Assembly: GCA_051362555.1 (NCBI GenBank)
Contig: CM120640.1
Span: 21,390,001-21,454,000 of the forward strand
From: Lingula anatina
Lineage: Eukaryota; Animalia; Brachiopoda
Length of the DNA stretch: 64,000 bases
Direction: 5' to 3'
Positions 24,901 to 39,664 of this stretch are shown in pieces (position 1 is the first letter of the stretch; every line of letters starts with the position of its first letter). The notes under the pieces are model-generated. The model saw only the letters and a program-made list of their open reading frames with translations, did not search any database and was not told where the DNA came from. Position numbers and translations under genes: made by a program.

Positions 24901-27900
24901 ACAATTAAGCCAATAGTCTGACGTTAATTCAGGTATGAACTTGTCCATTTTTCAATATAAAAGTGACTCAGAGGAGCTGAAATCTACCAAAAACATGATG
25001 AGCTAAAGGAAGAGCTGTCCCAGAGAGACAATCTTTATCTAACACTCACCATTCGTACTACACATTGCTGTATCACACTGGTCAACTCTCTGATCACAAT
25101 TAGGTGGCATCCAGCCATCTTTACACATACAAGTATAGTTATTGACTCCACCGTATCCGTCTATACAACCCAGGGAGTTCTCAGGATGACAGGGAGATAT
25201 GGGGGAGCACTCATCTATGTTGGTGCAGTTAATTCCATTGCCTGAAGAGCAGAAGAGTGATTATATTTTAAATAAGTGGCCTCTTTGTGGTGTTCCTCGC
25301 CTCCATCTAAATCTTTTATGCTTTGCAGCCTCCGCCAAGGAGGTTTATTTTTTTACCTCTGTTTGTCTGTTTTTTTTATCACTAGCCTAACTCAAAAAGT
25401 TATGGATGGATTTTGATGAATTTCTGTTACTGATGGTAGAAATCAGTTAACTCTTGTATCATGTACCATTACCTTCAAATCCAAGTTTACATCTGCAAGA
25501 TGGGGGGAGCTGTCCTTTGTCACAGAGACCATTGGCAGAGGAACACTTGACGCCACCACAACTTCAATGAAAAACCGATCACAAGTCAATTATGTACATT
25601 ATGAAGAATAAATATCAGTAAGTAACAAAATTTGGATCACATTTTTTGAAGAAATTTCAAGAGATCCATGCCCTAGGCCAAGCTGTCAATTTGTTTCTTA
25701 GCAGGTAATAACTTGACAGACACAAATATACACATGTGAACACACACACACAAACACACACACATCAACTAATGACATTAATAAAATAAGAATGACTTAC
25801 TTGATCATAAGAACTTTGAAATACAACTGCTCCAACAGTTGCAATCCTGTGCTGTCCACTGCCAGGATGCTGATACCTAGCATATCATAACTTAGTGGGT
25901 CCAGTGCCTTGGACAAATACAGCTTGTTGCCTTCTAACCTGGAAAACAGTAAAAAATAGTTTGATCAAAGATCTCACTGAAACAATGTCCAGCACAATAA
26001 ATATAAAAAAATTCAGCCATATAAATTATTATGCATCAAATTATGGAAACATTGAACTGGGCCATTCTAAAATGATGTCCCTAATGACTCAAATAATCAG
26101 GATACCTACAAAAGTTTGAAAAATTTCATGCATGAAGTTTAATTGTCTTTGTTACAGTAGTATTTTAAATTAAAGAGTCAATATTAACTCTGATTTGAAC
26201 ACATGATCTTGAAGAATGAAGACATTCATTAACTACATTCTGTCACCAGATGCTGTCAAAGTGAAATTCTTTACCTGAAGTAGGACACATGGTCATCTAA
26301 GTCCCTCCTCTTCCTGTCTGGCTGCAAACTAAAAATATGTGTATCTCCTACATCCTGGTCAACCACAGTCAAGGTACCAATTTCTGTACCTACAGCCATG
26401 TTATCTGGCAACTCCAATTCAGTTTGGCCATTGATTTGGAGGCAACAAGGAGGTTCATCCACATTTATGATATTGATGGTAAAATTCTTGGTAAGTGATA
26501 AACCTGAAAGAAAATATCTGTGATTGAGGCTAGGTTAATAAAAATCATGCAGCCATGGTAGTATTAAAGTAATAAAACATCTGATTGAGTATACTAAACT
26601 CCATAGCAAAGATAGTCTATTTAGCTATTGCAAAAAATAGTATTAGTAAAATACATTTTAATAAAAACACTATCAACATCTATAGTAAAGATTATACCAC
26701 TATATTGTGTACCTGTTTCCACTTCCTTTGCCTCCACTTGAACAGTGAAAACACTTTTTAGTTCATAGTTCAGTCTGTTATTCAGTACTTTCAGTTCCTG
26801 TCCTCTGACATAGAAAGGAGTGCCAGAAGTGGTGACAGTAATGATGTACCCAGATAGTGGCGTGTCTTCATCATGTATTGTAAGTAATCCTGAAGAAATG
26901 TTTCATCATAATGCACTGTCAGTATAAAATATCATAATCATTACAACTTAAAAAAATTTCCAACCAATATTGCTTCCTAATGGAAACAGGTTACCATGAG
27001 CACATTAATAAGAAGAAAGTGTTACAATTTTTTGCTTTTGAAAATTGGTAAACCTCTTAAACTATTAACATTTTTAATTATAGTTTTAAAACGCACATTA
27101 AGTTATTATATCTAATAACTCATGTTTGGAGTTATATTGTTCACTTTACTTACAAGATGGCTAGTGTACTACTTGTTGTGAACTTTCAGACTGTCTAGAC
27201 TGTCTTCATCTCCAAATTTATATTTAAACCACTTACCCACTGTAGACTCAGGTGCACTGTTTTCTAGGATGTTACTAATGGATAAGGATATGTTGTATGG
27301 TGCCTCTGGGACATCTGCAACTACCACTTTAAGGGAAGCCATAACAGCCTAGATACAAATAAGGGAGAAAAAATAAATCCAAATTCTCAATTCACTAAAT
27401 TTTTTTCCTAATACAAACATCAAACTTATCCATAGCAAAATAAGAACTCTTTGGACAATTAGCAAAACTAATTTCACAGAAAAGCTGTGGAGGAAACAGG
27501 ATAACACTGAATATTTGAAGTTTTCCTTAAATTCACACTTTGAGCCTCTCACTTACCAAAGGTGTTGGTATGCCATCATCTGTGCATCTGAAGTAGACAT
27601 AAAATACTGCCACCACTTCCTCATAGTCCAGTTTTTCTCTGACCACTATTGCATTCCAGACTGACCCATTGAGTGTCATCAACTGGAACCTGCTGGACAC
27701 TTCACTTACTGGACCTAAACAAGTGTTTTTTCTCAACATGTTTATATTTATCATTAAATTTGAAAAATCTAAAAAATGTAATCAACTGCTTGACAGAAAT
27801 CAAGCAACAATTTAATAACAATTTGTTGATAAAAATTATGAAAAAAGTAGTACAATGTATATGTAAGGGAACAGTGCAGTATAAATATATTCAACTTAAA

Positions 27901-30900
27901 TTCACTTCAAAATTTTTGTCATCTATAAGGTCCTCATAATATGAAAATGACCTTCCAAGTTATTGTTGATGTAATCTGCCTCACTGACAAGATGGCAGGT
28001 ATGTTTCTGTTTGCCAGCTTGCAGACTGTCTTCATCCACCACAGAGAAGTAGGCAACAATTTCATTCCCAATACTGCTTGGATCCATCGTCTCATTTACC
28101 ACTACTACATAGGAACTATGTAGATGAGATATCTGCTGTTGCGTTTCACTGGGTGGATAAGGGGCTGTCATGGTGTCTCCATTTGAATCTACAAAGATCA
28201 CCTTTGAAGGGGCATCATTTATATCTAAAACTTGAACTGAAAAGCTACTGCTCACATTCAACCCCCCATTGTCTTTGCACATTATCTCAATAAGATGCCT
28301 ATCTGACTGCTCATAGTTCAACAAACTGCCATCAGCAACCACTAACAAGTTCTGCTCCACTAGAGGCTCAAACTGGATTTGGAACCTTCCGAGAGCATCC
28401 TGCATTAAAGTGCAGTAGAAAACCTGGTGAAATGTATCTGGATCTTTGACATGAATGTTAGCAACTAGAGTGCCAGGTGGGGAATTTTCAGCTACAGTGT
28501 AATTGTCAAGGGAGATCCTAGTTGGGGACTCATTCACGTCCAGCACTGGTATTGTTAATGTCTGGGTGTGTGATAACGACAGTGGTAGCCCATTATCCTG
28601 GGTAACTATTGTAACTTCAACAGAACGATACTTTTCATAATCTATTTTACTTGCATCAGCCACAACAAGCTTGTTTCTATTGTGTATAGCTAAAGCTCCA
28701 GGTGGATTCTGATCCTGTATTGTATATGTGTGTAACTGGTCTACATCTTCGTCCACTGTCCACAGTGTTGCTATTACAGAGTTGGTGGCAGCTGATTCAA
28801 TGATGCATGTGCCATCTGCCATTAGTATTTGTGTAGGTGGATCATTTTGGTCTAACACTGTCACTGTTATTGCCTGAAAAGAAGTCAGTAAAACTGATAG
28901 TTTATGAAATTACTACTATATACAGACCACACATACAACTACACACAATGCTACATAGGGTATTGCAGTTACATGTATATAAAATGATATATAATATGAT
29001 GACAGAAAAAAGGAACATATTGTGGAGAGAAAACAAACATTTAAAAAGGAATTATAATTCAATAAATCAAAGCAGATTCTAACATAATACCTCATTCAAT
29101 CAACATATCACATACTATCTAAAATGTGAGAAAATGTTATACTGTTATTTTAAAATTTACCATAACACTTACTTTGGAAAATCTCAGTCCTCCATTGTCT
29201 GTGACAAAAATTGTAATATCAAATGATGGAGTTAATTCAAAGTTGATTAAGTTATGTGTAATAAGGTGATTGGCTCCAATGGCAAAGGGAACCATTGTAA
29301 AGCTGGACTCCAGCATAAATCTGAATTGATCGCCTTGGTCAGGGTCTTCTGCTGACAGGTAGGCAATCAGCTCTCCTACAATGAAAATAATGCACTATCA
29401 ACATTCTAGGCAACCAATGCGCAATGTTACAAAAATAATTTAATGAAAATATTTTAATATCATTCTACCAAGCCTACGCAAGGTGCATTTTTGAACATGA
29501 TTTTGATGGTTCTTTGTAAATACATATTGTAATATCAACAAAATTAATGTATAATCAAAATTTATCCATACATACATGTGAAATACAGATATTACAGGCA
29601 GTGATAGAATTTACTCTATTTAAATCTCCAAGAAACAATGCCAGAAAATATAAAACATATTGTACAACAATTTCAAACATTTTGCATTTGTGGAAGTATA
29701 TCAATGTTTAACTGAAAAATTTTTTTAAAAAATTGTTGAAACCAGTTTCTTAAGATTGGGCAATGTTTTTGCAGCATTTACATACCAGGCATTTTGTTCT
29801 CCTCAACTTCAAACTTCCCTGTTTCACTTTTAATATCAGTAGGCGGTTCATTAACATTGAGAATTGTTATTAAAAAGGTCTGATGTAAGACTTCACTTGA
29901 ACTGAAACATTCCACTTGGATTTGGCTTTGGTGTCCACTTTCAAAATCAATCAGTATACTGCCAGAGACCTGGAATTAAACATTCAAAAGTAACAGGACA
30001 AAAAATATTTTGACGATCAATATTTAAAAGAAATCATGGTCTTTGAAAACTATATGTCACAATTTTGGCATTCATTCTTCTGTATTGCATTTGATTTCAT
30101 TATCAAGTTAACTGAATAATTTGTATGTGCAAATGAAATGATATTGAAACAAGAAAAATTAAGCACAATTTGTCACATGCTAATTTTCTCAATCTCTTAA
30201 TCATCATCATCAGTTAACATAACATATAAAATGACATTAAAATGCATTAAAAATATTCACAAGCTGTGAATAATTTTTTTACACTCAAACTATGGAGTTT
30301 ATACCCATGGAGTGAATGGGGATTTAAAAAAATTAACAAATAAAATTAAAAAATATCTTGTATCTGCTTATTATAAATACTACCTTTAGGAAGATACTTA
30401 CTGCTATTCTATTCCTATCCTGAACAATAAACATCCCTCCTCCATCATCTCTAAGAACACAGGTAAACTGCTCAGTAACATCACCATAACCACTGTGAAC
30501 AATGCTGACTGTTCCCACCTCAGTTCCTGCAGCACTGTTTTCTAGCACAGAACTAGGACTAAATGTGACTTCATAGTCTGCAGAGTCATACATTATAGAG
30601 CTGGACACTGGTATTAGTCTAATGGTCAGTGACTGCTGGCAGGTGAGTCCACTGAGGTCTGTGGCTTGGATGGTCACTTGAACAGTTGGTGATGTCAATA
30701 AACTTAGATCAGTATTCACTTTCAGTTTGCTTCCTAGAAAATTTAAAGCTTAGGTGAAATCCCTAGATGTAATGGTGAAGTTATACAGAATCTGATGTAA
30801 AAACTAAAACAAGTAGGTCTAGATTAACATAATGCATGTGTTCTCTGAAAGTTTCCTCATAATATAAAACAGAGTTTGAGAAGACATTTACATGGTATGG

Positions 30901-33900
30901 AAATGATACATGCTAACATTTTAGAAGTGAAAAAGGTATATTTTGTGTTAATGCATGTTATAGAACACACACTCTCACCTTCCAATATAAATATCTGACT
31001 TGGTCCATTAAGTGTAAAGTTATGCCTGTCACCATGATCTGGATCCACTGCTGACAAGCTCCCCACCACAGTTCCAGCAGGAGAAAGCCTAAATATTTGA
31101 TCACTGGACAACACCACCCTGTTCGGGGCCTCATTCTGATCCAATATTGAAATAGATTTAGTTTTGGTATAAGTCAGAAATCCACTATCTTGCACTTGTA
31201 ATTGGACTGTCAATACCCTGTTGGTTTCATAATCGAAACAATTTTCATTGCCGACTACGAGGTAGCTTTCATATATACCAAAACATTCAAGACCATTCTG
31301 TCTGGGGTCTAACACAGTAAAAGTGTGGATATCATTTCTATCCTCATCAACTGCTGTCAATGTGCTGATAACAGTACCATTTCTAGTGCCAGTTCTCTTC
31401 CCAGTCACATATTCCTGTACATCAGAAGAATTGAGCAATATGCTAGTGGGTGCTTCATTAATATTAGTCACAAACACCCTCAATGTCCCTCTTGTAGCAA
31501 GACTGGGAATCCCATCATCCCTCACCTCTATCTCTATATCATACAACTCTCTGGTCTCAAAATCTAAGCTACTTTTAACTAACAACAGATTGTCTTTAAA
31601 TTCAAAATCATCATGAGCACCAGATACAATCCTGTATGTTAAATTTTGGCCCCTGTCTGGGTCGACAGCCTGGACGCTGGTCACTTGAGTCCCCACACTA
31701 GCAGTTTCAGCCAGTATTGAGGAATTGAGCAAAGGAATAGATGGTGGTTCATTAATGTCTGAAATGTGGACAGTGATGATATTGTTAATTGTGTTTGGTG
31801 GGATATCACTTGAGGCACTGATGTTCAACCAGTAAGTGGGCTGGAGTTCAAAGTCCAAATTACCTGAAATAATATTAACATGAAATATAAGGATTTGATT
31901 GCTAAAAGGAGACTTTTGCAGCTTGTCAAGAAATTGTTCTGATTTGTGAATTCAAATAAATGAGTATAAGTAATATCTCTAGAAAATAATATAAATACTA
32001 ATAAAAATAAGGTCAATATAATTCTTAATTTTCTAATTTATTTTTGTCCTGAAAAGTACAGTGGAAAAATTCATTAATGATCAATCCTTTGACACAATAA
32101 AACATAATCTATATGTACAAGTTTCTTGAGAAAAGAGATTAACACCATGAGGCCTTCATAATGAGATGACAATCTAAAAAAACTTATATAAAACATCTTA
32201 ATAAAAAGATTTTTTGGAATATCAACCAATGTTGCCTTACCTGTCACAACTAATTTAGCATCATGTCCACTGCCATACACTCCAAAAATATCAGTGTGGT
32301 TGTGTAGAGTATAAACCCTGTCTGGTGAGTCACGGACGTACATGGTTCTTAGCCAACCAATGGCAGTCATCCTGTGACTGTGTTCTTGTATAGTATTAGA
32401 GGAGAGGTATATATGTGGTGGTGGGGATGGAGGCTTCTCTTCCACACAGTCTGCCATCACTGGGCTCCACTCCCCACTGCCTGTACATTCCACTGTGGTA
32501 GAACCAACTGTTACACCTATAGAAGAAGATCACAATTGTTCTATAACAGGCAAAGTGTGCAACCATGTAAATGTTACAAAACCTTTCAATTGCAGATATC
32601 AGATTTGATGACTGGCACCTTTAATAAATTATTCAAGTAAAACAATATGAATTTATGTCAACACCAATTCCTATATCCTAGAAATACCTTTACCTTTAAA
32701 ATGGCCCTACTGTACATCATCTAGTGGACTAGTAACAATAATATTCTTTTCTCCAACCACCAGTCTTTGCTACAATTTCTAAATGTTAAATAAAAATATA
32801 CATCTAAATTCAACCTGCAGAAGCAACCAAATAATTTCGAATTGAAATATAGCTTGTGTAGTGGTAGAGACAGAGACAGATACCTTGTTTGCACTGCAGA
32901 GTACACACTTCTCCATAGTCATACTCCACCTTCTCCTGTATGGTACAATGTGTTACCAACTTCTCCATATAGAGGGCAGCACAAGTGGCAGGGACACAAG
33001 TTGATGATCTACTGCTATAATACTGGCCTTCACCACAACTGCATGTATAGGAACCTGGAGGAATAAACTGTCGCTTTTTATATGAACACATCAGTGATAT
33101 ATAAAAAATGTTTATTAAAGGTGCAAGTTAAAACATAGAGGGAATTTATCTTTTTTATTCATTTTGACACGCTGAAGTAAATGTTACCACAAACATGAAG
33201 CTATATTTTCAATAGAATTGTAGACAAATCTTATCAAAACTTTTATAGCTTTATTAAATCTTTAATGATGTTTAACCTTCTTATCATCGACTTTTTTATA
33301 ATACTTAAACTGGCTGTGACTGCAGGACAGGGCTACCAAATAAGCTTTTAAAAACATTCCTAATATTATGTTGATAACATAATAATATGACATGAAATAT
33401 CTTGCCTGGGAAATTGATGCAGCTGACATTACAAGGGCTGTATTCTATACATTCATCTATGTCTTCACATGTGGCTCCATCTTCCTGTAGGGCAAATCCT
33501 GTGCTACAGACACACCTGTAAATTGACAAACAATTGCTGATCAGAATTTGATTCTGACAACTGAAATTCTTTGGAGATAATAGTTAAATGGTTTAAAATT
33601 ACAAGGGCTTTGCACTTTTTTTTATTATTTTTTTTTTTTTGGGGGGGGGGGGGATGAATTTGATGAATTTGAGGTAAATAAAATTCCAGGCTAGTAGAGC
33701 ACTTGCCCAAAGACCTTATTGTCAACTGCTGTAGACCTACATGCCTAATCAGTTGTGTGGTGCTCTTCACTGAATCAACATTACCAGATAAAATTCGAAT
33801 TGAATATTCTCTATGCACTGTGAAAAACTGCAAAAATAGCCGTAATACACATTACACTGAAACTGATAGGATAATGAATTAAGTAAATCAATATGGTACA

Positions 33901-36900
33901 TAATACATAACAAAGTTATGATATCTTTTGTCAACCTCACACCTGTATGATCCCTGTGTATTGTGACATCCCTGGCTGCAAGCTATGGTTCCAAGCAGAC
34001 ATTCATCTATATCAACACAGCTACTGTCCCTGGAATCATAGGCATAGCCTGATGGACAGACACATCTGAAAATGAAAGTGGGAAATATGCAGTAATGATA
34101 AAATACACTCTAAGAGAACAGACTGGCAGTGCATATGCATACTAAAATGTTTTTAACCTAATGTACACATGTAGATCCCAAACCATCCCATGCCTGCAAT
34201 ATGATACATGATAAGGTTGCGAAAACCTGAAATCTTATTCTATTTATCTTCAGAAGTTTTCAATATATGCATAAAACCATGATCTTACCTATATGATCCT
34301 GGTGTGTTCACACACTGCCCCAGTTCAGGACATGCATTGGGCTCCAGACATTCGTCCTTGTCTTGACACGCCTTGCCATCTGCCATCAGTCTATACCCAG
34401 TGGGACATGTACAGCGGTAAGAAGGGACAGTGGCCACACACATGTAGCTGCATCCTCCATTATTGTTTTGACAGGGATCTGGGTGAAATGAAGAAAGTAC
34501 AAAAAATAAAGAAAAAACAAAATTGCAGAGTAAAGACCAATTGTGCAGCCATGTGCACAAAAGTAGAATACAACAGTGAGATCCGCATGATGGTGACTGT
34601 AGGATTTGTTCAAGTTACTCAAAGATTCTAGATGGGCAATTTTCACAAGATCTAGTTCATACCAAAGAAAAAATCCCTTCCATAGGGTTTTTTTGAGAAG
34701 ACAATAATACTTTCCATAAATAATGACATTTCCAAATCATATTTTAATTTTGAACTTTTAGCTCAGATAAAACTCAAAAATCATATCAGGCTTTCATCTT
34801 TATACTTATGAGTGCAAAAACTTACCAGAGTTTCTTCGTACACGGGAACTATCAACTACATGTTGAACCTGTAGCAGATTGCCACCTTTAGCAGAACCAA
34901 TGACAACAACTGAAAAAACAAATTATGGAAGTTCAACTCAGTTGCAAAATTATTTTATCATCTCATTTGAATTCTCCTTTATTACTTTATTACTTCAGGG
35001 GGTTCAGTTGTTACATTTTTAAATATATTCATTTCATGTACATATGCAACATATTCTTTATAATCAATATATACATAAGTATATTTGTAACACAGTTCTA
35101 GATAGCATGATGAAATTTTCACTTTTGGCTGAAATATGCCACTCCAGCAAGAAATAAAATTAAATCTCTTTCATGAAATTTATAATATTACCATGCTTCC
35201 TTTGTTACAACAACAGGTACGTAGTTACAATGCCTTAGGTAATCCAGAATGGCAAATATCTGATAAGTGAGGTAAAACGTCCAATTATGTTAAAATTTAT
35301 ATACAATGTTTAATGACTGATATGTCATTTTATTAGATAATGTAGTTACATGCACAAAGGTGGATCCTGAGACACTAATTAAGCTACCTTTATTTTCTTA
35401 TTGAATGTAAATATACCATGTAAAAAGTAGATTAAGGAATTTTTATCTGATCTGCACATCGAAAAATCCAAGCAAATTCTAGATATGACATTAATGCAGA
35501 GTGGTACTATTAAAGCACAAGATCAATATACACCCTAATACTGACTGTCTTAAACCCTTAAGATGTTTGCATTGACAAAAGAAAGGATTTTAGAAGATTA
35601 AGTTACAACCCAACATGATATTGTTAAAACACAAAGAGGTCGATATTCAGTATTGCTTGTATTTTGACATACAGGCAAAGGAGCAAGTAAATGTCTGGAT
35701 GTCTACAAAAGAACTCTCATATTAAAAATTCTTTAGTAACATAAATTTTCATAATTTTTGTATCCCCAGAGTCTTTGATTACACAAAGAAAACGTAAAAA
35801 GTTTTACATACATGCATGTGATTTATCCACAAATAAAAATAGGATAGTATAATGATTTGACGTTGAAAATCTTTTTGAAGTGCAAAATTATGGCACTATA
35901 CTGATTGTCACCAAATGTGGAAATCATATAATCATGCAAAATAGGCTTTAGTAAACCTTATTTAGCATACCACATATGTGCCTGGGAATTTTTCCATTAA
36001 AATTATGAATACAAAGTGCAGTGACATTAATGTGTTGATACACCTAAAAGGTAGGTGGAAATCAACCCTAATAAAAATGCCAAAATGGCTGGTGATACAT
36101 TGACAAAATGGAGACTATTTTGGGTTTCAATACAATCATGGTAATCATTCAACCGATATAAATCCAGAAATTATGTCACAGTTTCAAAGGGCCCAATTAA
36201 ACACCCATCCATGAGTGAAAAGACCAATATATATACTTATACAATGAGGGTATAGTTCTACTAGGTCACTGTAAATGTTTGACACTCAGTGAGAGAAAAA
36301 TTAAAAATATTGTATTGGCAGGGGTAATACTTTCATCACAGCTATTTAAATCAAATTTGGTCTGTACATTTTTGTGAATGATAAATGTTTGTCGTTTTAG
36401 TTACGTATTCACTCACTGAGACAGATAATGGTGTTAATTTCTCTATTTAATCAATATCTTACCTGCCTTGTTTATTAACTTAAGTGTGTGGATCAATAAT
36501 AATTGACAAAGCATTTTTCAGACAATAACCTGTTGCTTACATTGTAGAATATACATTGTTTAAGTTATTAACTTAAAGGTAGCCGAAAGGAATGCTTTCA
36601 TGTGCATACACCAGAAAGACTGAAGTTGGTCACAATATCATGTATGTCTGAGCTTATTTCTAAGACAACTGGCTTCAATGCATCTAATTTCCCATTTATA
36701 TTTTTATCTTATTGTGATTTAGTAAACTGATACCACAAGTTTAACAAATATTGTGGCAATGCAACATAATGTTGGATACTAAGACCAAGCTTTTAAGAAG
36801 TGTAAAAGCTTTGTATAGCAAATATCACAAAGACATTAAAATAAGTTACTCTTACGGAGCTTTGTTAGTATCATATTAACTTTTTTCTATTTTCATTAAG

Positions 36901-38174
36901 TTTTATTTTATGTAATTTTCACCGCGGTGAAATTAATTTTCACCGCGGTGAAAATAATTTACACCGCGGTGGAAAATAATTTTCACCGCGGTGGTAATTC
37001 CTGGCCATCTCGGCCCGGGTGATGAATAGGTAATGAGAACCTTACATTTGCCAGATGCCGTCACGGTGCATGCTATTGTTACATACACACAAGGTTGGTG
37101 GATCTGTTCGTGGGGCCACTGCCGTTAACGTAGGTTTCCCATCTATATTTACCACCTATATAATTAAAGTCCCGCTTGCAGTTTTATGCAAAGGGAATCC
37201 CATTGTTATTACTAAATACTTAACGTTATTTTTGGACAATGTATTTTTAAATATTTGTGTGATGTGTTTGCCCATAGATCTTATCTTAATAGATGTAATC
37301 TCGGTTTCTTCGGAGAGGTTTCTTTCTACCAATATCCCCAATAATACGCAAGTTATTATAAAGGGAAAAGCGACGTACAACATTGCCGCATTTCGGTGGT
37401 TTTTAATCTATTCGAATACTGCCCGCTTCCTCCACATTCCTGGGATGATTGGCACATAGACCGGTTAAACTGCGTGCATGTGCATGTGCTTGTCTTTATC
37501 AACTTCCTTCCCAGACATCTGGTAAATTTTGGATTCGTATAACCTACATGTATGCATCACCCGGGCCGAGATGGCCAGGAATTACCACCGCGGTGAAAAT
37601 TATTTTCCACCGTGGTGAAAATTAATTCCCACCGCGGTGTAAATTATTTTCACCGCGGTGAAAATTCCATAAAATAAAACTTAAATGAAAACAAAAAAAG
37701 TTAATATGATACTAACAAAGCTCCGTATACTCTGAAGATAATCATATTTACAATAGCATCTAAAAAGTGTAATAATTATAATTAAGTTAGCTTGTTTAAT
37801 CATTGATTTAGAAGCTATGTCAACAAAGATACTATCATTATTACTTGTCCCTCCCAAATAAATAAACAAATAAATTAGATCTAATTAACAATAAAATTAA
37901 ATAATAAATTAAATTAACAAAATATATAAATCTGAAAGTATCATATTTAAGTGTGGAAATAGTTTGAAACAACCTTTAATAAACCGACAGTGGAGGCACA
38001 GCGGCTCTTTTTTTTTTACAAGTCATAAGATTCACTCATTCTAACCTACACCAGCCTCCAATGACAAATAGCAATATATGTAACTTAATACAACAGTAAG
38101 TAAAATGTAGCTAGTAACTCACCCACAATAAAACACAGCCACCAACTTCCGAACAGAGAAGATATCCATGCCAT
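21918..38174 (-). CDS. EGF-Sushi-cadherin-EGF single-pass receptor, ~1,842 aa, 25 exons (first 38123-38174, last 21918-21955)
   Basis: The hand-spliced model sums to 5,529 nt in frame: signal peptide, RVRR site, 4 EGF/cbEGF, one CCP/Sushi, ~11 cadherin repeats (DxNExP, DxD, LDYE motifs), ~6 EGF, TM (MVIYVIIGILAFLLTVLVVIVTFYMV-RRKRKK), short tail with FVNPVY. Confidence 0.88.
24249..24362. repeat. Intronic inverted repeat (hairpin, ~46-bp arms)
   Basis: ttttatcaagagcttataaattatgtgggtatt ... aatacccacatattttataagctcttgataaaa. Confidence 0.8.
25328..25423 (+). mobile_element. Fragment of a Helentron/HINE-like repeat
   Basis: cctccgccaaggagg hairpin, then tgtttgtctgt and aactcaaaaagttatggatggattttgatgaattt, the typical 5' layout of such elements. 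Confidence 0.55.
36853..37727. mobile_element. Non-autonomous IS3EU-like DNA transposon (875 bp)
   Basis: ~170-bp TIRs with termini TACGG...CCGTA; perfect 6-bp TSD TACTCT (36847-36852, 37728-37733); four CACCGCGGTG-type palindromes in each TIR. Confidence 0.85.
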
Positions 38175-39664
38175 GTTTGTCTGTGTACGACAAAGATCCA
38201 TATCCCTTGTCTAACAGTTCTTCATTATAGCGATAAAAAGTAGACCTTTAAATTGTCCAGCATTCATTTGGTTTGTTTACCTTCTGCCTGGGATCCCTCA
38301 CATGCTCCCGGGCTTTCTTTATACTATGGGCGAGTCTATTATATTGGATAACAACATTAAAAGACCTTCATGTCAACTTTATGTCAATAATCTCTCATTT
38401 TAATTCGATATGTTTCACACCCTAAAAATAAGTGCTTTAAATGCCCCTTTACGGAGTACAGAAAAGTTCAGAAAAGGTAAGAAAGAAGATTGATGTCCAA
38501 CCCGTTTATCCTTCTTATTGAACTAGTCTTGTTTTGGTATTTCGCAGCAAAGTACATACCTACATTTTATTGGCCATTAAATCAATGCACGTTTTACAGT
38601 AACTATCTAGATGTTACAAACCACTGCTGAAAGTGCCACCAGTCATATGATTACATTCTTTTTAAAAACACCATCACTTCTTCAACATCCACAATGCTTC
38701 AAATTTAAGCAATTCATCTCGACCAAAATAATACTCAAGTACTGTACGAGAAAACCTTCCAAGGTTCACCTACACTGCACAGGTGAGACAAACGGACATA
38801 AGAAAAAAAAATTATTACTGGCATGCAAACTGAAACACAAAAATTAAAGAAAACCCATCAGATTAATGTTTTCAAAACAACAATAATAATAATAACAAAA
38901 GTCCTTTTCTCTAAATACGTATCTTTCCACCTCAAAATTCCACATAATTTCAAGGCTGGCCAAAAGTGATGTATAACCCAGAGATGCGCAATGTCAATTG
39001 CTGCCCAGATAAAATTTGCATTCTTATAGCAGCCATCCCCAGCATACACGTACTAACAAGGAACTCCCTTTTCCTAGTTAACCGAGGACAGCAAAGTATG
39101 TACATGTCATGCCACAGCTGGAAAAGGAATGTAGACAGTGCAGAAACAGATACTCCATGAAAGAAAGGGTCTTACTTAGTGCCCTAGCAGGAACCTTATT
39201 AGAAAGGTAAATGCAGTTTTAACATAAACCCAGTTTACTCAAGACTGCAACATAATAACTACGGAAAAAAGGATTAACAAACTACACTTTGCATTTATGC
39301 AAAATGATCAATTTATTCTGAAAAAGTATAAAAATAACAATAACAAGTAATGAAAATAGAAACATTTGAACAGATAGCATTATGTAATGGAACAAAGATA
39401 ACAATGAAGAAAAAAATATAAATTATGACTCCAAAAATTGACATTTTAAAATTCAGAGAACTATCCTTCCTTTCAATCCAAGTAAGTGGTCCATTTGCCT
39501 TCAATGTATTTCCACTATGTCTTTGCAGTTTATGAAAGTAACTTTGACTTTCTCATTATCCTTCATATACTGAGTCTATAAATGTTTTCTGATGTCAAGG
39601 CTGGAAAACTTTTTTGTTTCAAACTTATCCCAACACTATTCATATGTATATGAACCCAAGTAAA

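Noticed and set aside
36915-36995. CACCGCGGTG repeats as CRISPR or iterons
   Set aside because: They are subterminal motifs mirrored in the opposite TIR of a transposon.
37055-37459. 134-aa ORF inside the IS3EU-like element as a transposase
   Set aside because: No DDE or HTH motifs recognisable.
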